DNA of 29,357 bases from Nannocystis sp. (GTDB taxonomy: Bacteria; Myxococcota_A; Polyangia; Nannocystales; Nannocystaceae). The stretch lies in assembly GCF_016714285.1 (NCBI RefSeq), contig NZ_JADJNN010000008.1, positions 388,669 to 418,025 of the forward strand, given 5' to 3'. The position numbers were made by a program, and so were the translations under genes. Below the pieces are notes generated by a model. That model was not told where the DNA came from and searched no databases. It saw only the letters and a program-made list of their open reading frames with translations. Below are positions 23,221 to 29,357 of this stretch, one piece after another. The number at the start of each line of letters is the position of its first letter. Within the stretch, counting starts at the first letter, position 1.

Positions 23221-24948
23221 TCACCCGGGGATCGGCGGCTCGCACAGCCCGCCCGACTCGATCTGGGCGTTGGTGCGGAAGGTGTTGAGCGCCTTCCACG
23301 AGGGCGGCTCGAACTGCGGGATGGTGCCGTCCTCGCGGACGTTGGTCACGTGATAGGTGTGTTGATTCCAGATCCGACGCGCCTGGATCCACCGGTCACC
23401 CTTGTCGCGGATGACCTGCACGGTCGGCGAGCTCATGCCGCCGTATAGGTTGGAGACGACGACGATCTCGGCGGAGCCGTCGTTGTCGACGTCGGCGACG
23501 ATCGGGTACTCGGTGCCGGTGGCGCTGCTGCGCGGGGTCTTCAGCAGCGGCGTGCCGGCGCCGTCGAAGACGAACATGAATTGCTCGTCGGCGTACATCG
23601 CCTCGGCGATGCCGTCGCCGAGGAAGTCGAAGGCCGTACCGGCGGCGATGCCCGACTGATCCGAGACGGTGGCCTTCCAGATGATCGTGGCATCGGCGCG
23701 GTAGCTGGCGTAGTTGTTGCCCGAGCTGACGGCGTAGTCGCTGATGTCGTCGCCGTTGAAGTCCTGGATGGTGGCGGGGCGGTACCAGACGAGGCCGTTC
23801 GGCGGGTCGCCGGTCGGCCGCTTGTCCTGATACTTGATCGCGCCGGTGTGATCGAGCAGCGAGATGCCGTTGACGTTGGTGAGCAGCACCTCGGGCTCGG
23901 GGTCGCCGTCGAGGTTGGCGACCTGCGGGAAGCCGGGGAGCAGGTTGGTGTTGTAGTAGATGGTGCCGTCGTGGTGCACGGCGGCGTGGCCGATGACGAC
24001 CTCGAGGTCGCCGTCGCCGTCGAGGTCGGCGGCCGCGGTGGCCGAGTAGTTGGGCGCGGCGGCGGCGGCGGTCCACAGCAGGGCGCCGTTGTGATCGAAG
24101 AGCTGGTTGCCGCCGAAGATCTCGATGTCGCCGTCGTTGTCGAGGTCGGCGAGGCCGAGCGCGGCGATGTAGGAGTTGGCCCACGGGGCCTGGCTCTGCC
24201 ACTTCTGGGTGCCGTCGTGCTCCCACGCGATCAGGCGGCCGTCGGAGCCGGCGCTGACGATCTCGGCGATGCCGTCGCCGTCGATGTCGCCGAGGGCCGG
24301 TGTGACGGTGGAGTCGACCGGCGCGGCGAGCTGGAAGTGGGCGGTGCCGGTGGCGCCGTCGAGCACGTAGATGTGGCCGGGGCCGCCGATCCCGGTGGCG
24401 GCGACGACGACGATGTCGGGGATGTCGCAGAGGTCGATCGCGCCGTCGGCGTTGTCGTCCGTGAGGTTGGCGACCAGCGGCGTGACCACCGAATAGATCT
24501 CGCCGTTGGCGCCCGGCCAGCTCCATTGCACTTCGGGCTCGAAGCTGTCGGCGGGGGCCTCGTCGTCGCACTCGCCGATCGCGTTCATGTCGTCCTGCAC
24601 CTTGCACAGGTCGACGGGCGGGCCGGTGGTGCTGCTGGTGCTGGGGTCGCCGGTGCTGTCGGGCGTACCCGTGGTGCTGGTGCTGCCCGGATCGCCGGTG
24701 GTGCCGGTGAGGGTGAGTGCGCCGCTGCTCGCGTCGCCGCCGCTGCTGTGTGACTCGCTCACGCCGCTGTCGGTGGTGGCGCCGGTGGTGATGCTCGTGG
24801 TCGGGAGCGGGTCGCTGGTGCTCACGCTGACGCCCGTCGGCGTGGTCGGGCCAGGGCCGTTGCTGGTGCCGCTGTCATCGCGGCCGCCGTCGTCGCCGCA
24901 GGCGAGGCCGAGGGTGAGCGCGCCGAGGGCGAGACGGAGGGGCTGCAT
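23221..24948 (-). CDS. FG-GAP/VCBS-repeat beta-propeller lipoprotein, a paralog of the 1759..4371 gene.
   Basis: Lipobox LGLACGDDGG. T/S/G-rich tether. FG-GAP blades (DIDGDGIAEIVS, DLDNDGDIEIFG, DLDGDGDLEVVI, DFNGDDISDYAV, DFLGDGIAEAMY, DVDNDGSAEIVV). Shared C-terminal motif RIWNQHTYHVTNV...FEPPSWKALN, compared with RPVWNQHTYHITNV...AEPPSWATPA in the first paralog. Confidence 0.85.
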   Translation of the reverse strand: MQPLRLALGALTLGLACGDDGGRDDSGTSNGPGPTTPTGVSVSTSDPLPTTSITTGATTDSGVSESHSSGGDASSGALTLTGTTGDPGSTSTTGTPDSTGDPSTSSTTGPPVDLCKVQDDMNAIGECDDEAPADSFEPEVQWSWPGANGEIYSVVTPLVANLTDDNADGAIDLCDIPDIVVVAATGIGGPGHIYVLDGATGTAHFQLAAPVDSTVTPALGDIDGDGIAEIVSAGSDGRLIAWEHDGTQKWQSQAPWANSYIAALGLADLDNDGDIEIFGGNQLFDHNGALLWTAAAAAPNYSATAAADLDGDGDLEVVIGHAAVHHDGTIYYNTNLLPGFPQVANLDGDPEPEVLLTNVNGISLLDHTGAIKYQDKRPTGDPPNGLVWYRPATIQDFNGDDISDYAVSSGNNYASYRADATIIWKATVSDQSGIAAGTAFDFLGDGIAEAMYADEQFMFVFDGAGTPLLKTPRSSATGTEYPIVADVDNDGSAEIVVVSNLYGGMSSPTVQVIRDKGDRWIQARRIWNQHTYHVTNVREDGTIPQFEPPSWKALNTFRTNAQIESGGLCEPPIPG

Positions 24949-25011
24949 CGGCGCACGGTCCCACGCGGGTCAAGCAGCGGTCAAGCAGCGGGGGAAGGCA
25001 CGCGCCCGCGC

Positions 25012-26991
25012 TCACAGGTCCCTGCAGGGCGGCTCGCGGCCGAGGCTCACGGCCTGGAGGTTCAGCTCGGCCGCGGTGGCGGGCGAAAGCGCGGCGCAGC
25101 AGGCGTACTCGCTGTTGTCGTTGATCAGCGAGATCAGGAGATCCTCGGGCAAGCCGAAGCAGCACGCCGGCGTGGTGGCGCCGCCGTCGGAGGTCGCGCT
25201 GCACCGGGGGAGCGCGACGCAGGTGCCGTCGTCTGGCTCGTAGCACGAGATGCGCACGCCGGGGGTGCCATCGGTGTAGTCGAGCACGACCTCGGAGTCG
25301 GAGAACAGCGCGGTGCCGATCAGACCGTCGGGCTGGAGGGCCTCGGGGTTGGTGTCGCGCCGCATCGCCGTGACCATCGGGTGATCGGCGGGGATGATGA
25401 CGGTGGTGATCCAGCGCTCGGGGTTCGGCCCGGGGCTGCCGCTCGAGTTGTCGATCACGAAGGCCTCGCCGAGCACGGCGGCCGTATCGAGGGCCGCGTC
25501 GGCGCAGCTGTTGCCGCTGCCGAGGCGCGGGCTGTTGCCCGCGGCGGCGCTGTCACACTGGGCCTTGAGCGCCTTCTGGCGCCGCTCGAGCCGCTGGCAC
25601 GCGGATGGGCCGCTCGAGCTGGCGAGGCCCGGCACGAGGCCGACGCTGCGGACGCGCACCTGCAGGAGCGGCTGCTCCTTGCTGCCAGCGGGGGGCCAGC
25701 CGGGCAGCTCGAGCGCGCCGATCGTGCCGTCGATGCAGGCGGGTGCGCCGAGGTGGCTGCTGCCGATGTCGCCGCCGTCGCCCGCGCAGGGCGGGAGCTT
25801 GAGCTCGTTGAGCAGGCGACGGGCGCTGTCCTCGAAGAGCACGAGGCCGGCGATGCCGGTGGCGACGACGAGGCTGGCCTCGCGGCCGCGGTCGAGGTCG
25901 GTGGTGTCGAGCGGGGCCGGGGTGACGACGCAGCCGCGGTCTTCCTCGGCGCGCGTACCCGACGCGCCGGTGGCGGAGTGATAGCTGCCCGCGGCGCTCG
26001 CGGGTCCAGCGGCGAGGCGACAGCGGCCGCGATCCGGGACCCACTCGACGGTCGCGGGCGGCGGGGCGACGCAGGCGTCGAGGACCATGCGGCTCGGTCG
26101 CAATGCGCTGGCGACTCGCTCGCGATCGAAGGTGCTGAGGTAGTCGCAGCTCTGGCCGCCGGCGAGGCACACGTCGGTGATGTCCTTGCCGAGCAGGAGT
26201 CCGGGGAACTGCAGCGGGATCGCGGCGCGACCCTGGTCGGCGAGCACGGCCTCGGAGCCGGGAAACTCGCGGTAGAAGGTGACCTCGAAGCGAGTGCCGT
26301 CTGGCTCGCGGTGGTGGGCGAAGCGGACCGCGAATTCGCGGAGCAGGTTGCCGCCGATGACGCCGCCGACGTAGGCCGGTGCGCCCGCGGTGCCAGTGCG
26401 CCAGCTGAATGGTTGGGCGAGCGTCGACGGGTCGCGCGGCAGGCGGACGACCGGGGTGTTGCTGAAGCGGAAGCGGCTGAGCGAGTCGCCGAGGACGGTC
26501 GCCTCGGCCTGCGGATCGAGGATCTGCGCCGCTGAGCGCAGCTCGAAGCAGGTGCGCTCGGGGACGGCGACGGTGGTGTCGTCGGCCAGCATGGTGATCG
26601 CGGTGGCGCTGTCGATCAGCACCGGCATGCATGCACCCGGGTCGCAGGTGTCAGGCGGGCCGAGGCAGACCTCGCTGCAGCCGCCCTGGGTGCCGGGGCA
26701 GGGCTCCGGGAGGTAGGCGAGGCGCGGCAGGGGCGAGGCGTCGCCGGAGCCGAGAGCGACCGGGCGTCCGAACTCACCCTCGGCCTCGACCGAGTCGAAG
26801 TTGCAGGCCAGCGTGAGGGCCGTCGTGAGGCCGATCGTGAGGCCATTCGTGAGGCCATTCGTGAGGGCCAGCGCGAGCGGTGCGCAGTGGAGCCCGGAAA
26901 TTGCCGCGAGACGCGGGCGAGGCGCCTGTGGGCCTCGCGTCGCGTCTCGTGGTCTCTCTGCGCTGGTTGCCACCCTGCCGGGTTCTAGCAC
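25012..26991 (-). CDS. Hypothetical secreted lipoprotein with many cysteines (CPGTQGGCSEVC..., ...CCFGLPEDL...YACCAAL). No domain recognised. Start uncertain.
   Basis: 659-aa ORF with a GTG start at 26991, only 13 nt after the MlaC-like stop. The lipobox LTLAC is preceded by a long hydrophobic stretch encoded by a 12-nt tandem repeat. The true start may be internal (GTG or CTG candidates). GC3 is biased. The antisense ORFs over it look like shadows. Confidence 0.6.
   Translation of the reverse strand: MLEPGRVATSAERPRDATRGPQAPRPRLAAISGLHCAPLALALTNGLTNGLTIGLTTALTLACNFDSVEAEGEFGRPVALGSGDASPLPRLAYLPEPCPGTQGGCSEVCLGPPDTCDPGACMPVLIDSATAITMLADDTTVAVPERTCFELRSAAQILDPQAEATVLGDSLSRFRFSNTPVVRLPRDPSTLAQPFSWRTGTAGAPAYVGGVIGGNLLREFAVRFAHHREPDGTRFEVTFYREFPGSEAVLADQGRAAIPLQFPGLLLGKDITDVCLAGGQSCDYLSTFDRERVASALRPSRMVLDACVAPPPATVEWVPDRGRCRLAAGPASAAGSYHSATGASGTRAEEDRGCVVTPAPLDTTDLDRGREASLVVATGIAGLVLFEDSARRLLNELKLPPCAGDGGDIGSSHLGAPACIDGTIGALELPGWPPAGSKEQPLLQVRVRSVGLVPGLASSSGPSACQRLERRQKALKAQCDSAAAGNSPRLGSGNSCADAALDTAAVLGEAFVIDNSSGSPGPNPERWITTVIIPADHPMVTAMRRDTNPEALQPDGLIGTALFSDSEVVLDYTDGTPGVRISCYEPDDGTCVALPRCSATSDGGATTPACCFGLPEDLLISLINDNSEYACCAALSPATAAELNLQAVSLGREPPCRDL
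26812..26871. repeat. Five tandem copies of a 12-nt unit (CGTGAGGSCNNT) lying inside the signal-peptide h-region of the 25012..26991 gene. They encode LTNG-LTNG-LTIG-LTTA-LT.
   Basis: Direct reading: cgtgagggccgt cgtgaggccgat cgtgaggccatt cgtgaggccatt cgtgagggccag. Confidence 0.8.
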
Positions 26992-27004
26992 AGCTGGCAG
27001 CCGG

Positions 27005-27628
27005 CTACTTGGCGGCCGCGTTGGAGGCCAGCTCGGTCAGCTTGGCCTCGAGGCGGGCGATCAGCTCGTTGATGCCCTTGTCCTTGAGGATCTTGTTGAA
27101 CTCGAACTTGTAGTTCTTCGCCAGGCTGATGCCGTCGGTGATGATGTCCTCGGTGAGCCAGACGCCGTTGACTTGGTGCATCACGTAGACGACTTCGACG
27201 ACCTCGGGCTTGCCGTCGCGGCTGAGCGAGACGTTGGTGATGACGTGGGTGCCGCGGGGCTTCGTCTCCTCGCCGACGTAGGCCAATTCGTACTTCTTGT
27301 CGGTCCGGATGCGCTTGAGGTAGTTCTCGCGGATGAGGCGGGTCAGCAGCGCCTCGAACTCGGCGCAGCGCGGCTCGCACTTGGCGGCGTAGCGGGCGGG
27401 GCCGCCGAGCGAGGTCTCGGCGAGCGCCTTGTAGTCGAGCAGCGCGTCGACTTCCTTCTGCAGCGTGGCGATATCGGCACGCTTCTTCACCAGCTCGACG
27501 ACCTTCCCGTGGCGGGCCTTGAAGGTGTCCATCGCGCCCTCGGCGGCGGCGGCGGGGCGGGCCAGGCCCAGCAGGCACACAGAGGAGAGGGCGAGCCCGG
27601 TGATGAAGTTTCGTGCGGAATTCAGCAT
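27005..27628 (-). CDS. MlaC/Ttg2D-family periplasmic lipid-binding protein (auxiliary component of ABC-type phospholipid transport).
   Basis: Signal peptide (MLNSARNFITGLALSSVCLLGLARPAAA|AEG). The C-terminal HQVNGVWLTEDIITDGISLAKNYKFEFNKILKDKGINELIARL matches the conserved W-x-x-D-x-I-x-E/D-G-x-S...KGI block of E. coli MlaC. RBS AAGAGG is 6 nt upstream of the ATG. Confidence 0.75.
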   Translation of the reverse strand: MLNSARNFITGLALSSVCLLGLARPAAAAEGAMDTFKARHGKVVELVKKRADIATLQKEVDALLDYKALAETSLGGPARYAAKCEPRCAEFEALLTRLIRENYLKRIRTDKKYELAYVGEETKPRGTHVITNVSLSRDGKPEVVEVVYVMHQVNGVWLTEDIITDGISLAKNYKFEFNKILKDKGINELIARLEAKLTELASNAAAK

Positions 27629-27675
27629 TGGTGCCTCTTTGAGTGGCGCTCAGACGCCTTGCGTTACAGTGCGAT

Positions 27676-29357
27676 TCACGGAGTGGGTGGTGTCGCGCCT
27701 GCGGGGTCCTGAAGCGACACTCCCACGGTACGCGAGAGCGAGGCCAGCGCGACGTTCTGGGCATGGATGGACTCGAAGTGCTTGAAGCGCCACTCGGCCC
27801 AGCGGGTGAGCGCCCTCTCGAGGTCGGTGAAGTTGCCGCCACCGACGGTCTGCTTGAGCTGTTGGTCGATGACCAGCTGTTTGGCCTTGCGGATGGCGCT
27901 GGCAGTGAGCTTGACCGCTTGTTCGGCTTCGAGCAGGTCGCGGTAGGCCTTCTCGACCTCGAGGGCGAGCAGCAGGTTCGCTGCCTCACGCTGGGCCTCG
28001 GCCTCGCGGCGCTCGGCGCGGGCCTTCTTCAGGTTGAAGGCCTGGTTGTGGAAGTCGAGGGTCCAGTTGAGGGCGAGGGCGAGGACCAGGCGGCTGTAGT
28101 TGAAGCGGTCCTGATAATACAGGGCGCGCATGTCGCGGTCGGCCTTGTTCGAGAAGGCGATCTGCACCGAGGCGACGACGCCGAGGTCGGGGAGGAACAT
28201 CGAGCGGGCGAACTTCTCGCCGGCCTTGCGGAGATCGACCAGACCGGCGGCCATCTTGGCCTCGGGGCGGGCCTTGAGACCGAGATCACGGTAATGGTCG
28301 ACCGGTTTGAGGCCGCCCGCGACGCGGTCCGTGAGCAGGTCGCGCTCGCTGACATCGAAGCCGGGCGGGGCGGCCTCGCCGGCGATCGTCCACAGGGTCG
28401 CGAGGGCGACGGCCTCGATCTTGCGGGCCGCGTTCATGCGCTCCTGCAGGGTGAGCTCGCCGAGCTCGACGCGGATGAGGTCGGCGGGGTCGCGGTCGGG
28501 GTTGGCCTCGTCGGGGTCGGCGTCGTCGCCCTCGCCGAGCTCCTTCGCGATCTGCCGCTTTGCGTCCTGCAGGACCGACCAGGCCTCGTGCAGGATGCCG
28601 ATGCTGCCGCGCGCGAGCAGGAGGGCGGTGTGGGCCTGATAGACGCGGAGGATGGTCTCCTGGCGGGCGCGCTCCTTGGCGAGCTGGGCCAGGGCGACGC
28701 CGGCGCGGGCCATGGCCTTGCCGTTCTTGATCTTGCCGAAGGTGTAGAGGGGGACGACGAAGTCGGCGTTGAAGCGGACGGTGACGCCGGCGCCGGCGAG
28801 CTGCTTGAAGTAGCCGCCGACGGTGTCGATGTCGACGCCGCCGGGCGGGCGGCAGAACTGGAAGTCGATCGGCGTCGTTGTGCCGAGCGCGTCGCTGGCC
28901 GGGAGGGTGAGGTCGTCGCAGCGGGTCTGGAAGCCAGGCGCGAGCGCGGTGGTGGTCTTGATCACCGGGACCCAGGCGAAGCGGGCCTTGAGCAGGACGG
29001 CCTCGAGCTGCTCGACCTGGGCGTCGGCGGCGCGGATCAGCGGGTTCTGCAGGCCGAACTCGACGATCTGGGCCCGGCTGAGCTGAGGGACGCCGTCGGG
29101 GCGCGGACCGTAGGCGTCCATGCGGCGGGCGGGCGGGAGCTCGAAGAGGTCGGCCGGGGCCTGGGCGCCCGCGCTGCTGCGGGTGCTGAGGACCGGGGTC
29201 GCGGCGGTGGTGGCGGGCTTGCTGTCCTTGGGGACAGGTGTCGCGGTGGTGGGGTTGCTGTCCTTGGGGACAGGTGTCGCGGTGGTGGGGTTGCTGTCCT
29301 TGGGGACAGGTGTCGCGGCGGGGTTGCTGTCCTTGGGGACAGGTGTTGCGGCGGTTT
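27676..29357 (-). CDS. TolC-like outer-membrane factor (OEP family) with an N-terminal repetitive Pro/Thr-rich linker. Partial: the N-terminus runs off the window end.
   Basis: The ORF track starts it at Met 29121, but that Met is not followed by a signal peptide. My translation of the same frame is open to 29355 and reads TAATPVPKDSNPAATPVPKDSNPTTATPVPKDSNPTTATPVPKDSKPATTAATPVLSTRSSAGAQAPADLFELPPARRMDAYG..., so the real start is beyond the window. The body has the paired coiled-coil and beta-barrel repeats of OMF proteins (for example QERMNAARKIEAVALATLW, NWTLDFHNQAFNLKKARAERREAEAQ). Confidence 0.85.
   Translation of the reverse strand, partial: TAATPVPKDSNPAATPVPKDSNPTTATPVPKDSNPTTATPVPKDSKPATTAATPVLSTRSSAGAQAPADLFELPPARRMDAYGPRPDGVPQLSRAQIVEFGLQNPLIRAADAQVEQLEAVLLKARFAWVPVIKTTTALAPGFQTRCDDLTLPASDALGTTTPIDFQFCRPPGGVDIDTVGGYFKQLAGAGVTVRFNADFVVPLYTFGKIKNGKAMARAGVALAQLAKERARQETILRVYQAHTALLLARGSIGILHEAWSVLQDAKRQIAKELGEGDDADPDEANPDRDPADLIRVELGELTLQERMNAARKIEAVALATLWTIAGEAAPPGFDVSERDLLTDRVAGGLKPVDHYRDLGLKARPEAKMAAGLVDLRKAGEKFARSMFLPDLGVVASVQIAFSNKADRDMRALYYQDRFNYSRLVLALALNWTLDFHNQAFNLKKARAERREAEAQREAANLLLALEVEKAYRDLLEAEQAVKLTASAIRKAKQLVIDQQLKQTVGGGNFTDLERALTRWAEWRFKHFESIHAQNVALASLSRTVGVSLQDPAGATPPTP
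29221..29357. repeat. At least four tandem copies of a 33-36-bp unit (gctgtccttggggacaggtgtcgcggtggtggggtt) extending to the window edge. Each copy contains the palindrome CTGTCC-TTGG-GGACAG. It encodes the TPVPKDSNPTTA repeats of the OMF N-terminal linker.
   Basis: Direct reading: copies at 29221-29256, 29257-29292, 29293-29325 (3-nt deletion) and 29326-29357+ (truncated by the window). Confidence 0.9.

Noticed and set aside
23396-26632. ORFs 23396..24607 (-), 23581..24753 (+), 24506..25243 (+), 25381..26535 (+) and 25553..26632 (-).
   Set aside because: They are alternative-frame or antisense shadows of the second FG-GAP gene and the 25012..26991 lipoprotein gene.
26985-27989. 334-aa minus ORF 26985..27989 overlapping the MlaC-like gene in another frame, and 26801..27712 (+).
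   Set aside because: Shadow composition. The 27005..27628 frame has a signal peptide, an RBS and the MlaC motif.
29221-29357. Possibility that the regular 36-bp repeats are a CRISPR array.
   Set aside because: The units are directly tandem with no unique spacers and lie inside an open reading frame continuous with the TolC-like gene. They form a coding linker repeat. No cas genes are present.

Overview
High-GC (~70%) window, most likely from a myxobacterium. Three things point that way: Myxococcus-type cysteine-rich repeats, DUF1552 / PSD-PSCyt3 gene pairs, and many lipoproteins with Ser/Thr/Gly-rich tethers. It is a gene-dense envelope and cell-surface neighbourhood. I found no rRNA, tRNA, CRISPR array or obvious mobile element. 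The products here are supported by motifs I read directly in the translations; every homology call is a reading of those motifs, not a search result. Left to right, the supported genes are: an FHA-domain sigma-54 activator running off the left edge (minus); an FG-GAP beta-propeller lipoprotein with a Cys-rich module (minus); an SPFH/band-7 protein plus an Arc-like RHH protein (plus); a TPR-DUF3857-transglutaminase-like gene that appears frameshifted at a C5 homopolymer (plus); a tandem paralog of it whose catalytic triad is degenerate (plus); a beta-lactamase-family serine-hydrolase lipoprotein (plus); a small membrane protein (minus); a Tat-signal DUF1552-like protein and its partner, a DUF1587/1595/1592/1588(PSCyt3)/1585 lipoprotein (minus); a Myxococcus cysteine-rich-repeat lipoprotein (plus); a lipoprotein with five copies of an apparently undescribed 10-cysteine ~48-aa repeat (plus); and then a minus-strand run of five genes: a TolC-like outer-membrane factor with a tandem-repeat N-terminal linker running off the right edge, an MlaC-family protein, a Cys-containing lipoprotein, a second FG-GAP propeller lipoprotein, and a DsbD/CcdA-thioredoxin fusion. 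The most interesting hypothesis is that this minus-strand run, which converges on the two Cys-rich lipoprotein genes and leaves a 1-nt gap at the junction, is a dedicated export and disulfide-handling system for extremely cysteine-rich surface lipoproteins. Next most interesting are the active versus pseudo-enzyme transglutaminase-like tandem pair with a homopolymer frameshift, the novel Cys repeat, and palindromic and tandem-repeat DNA motifs shared between two loci.
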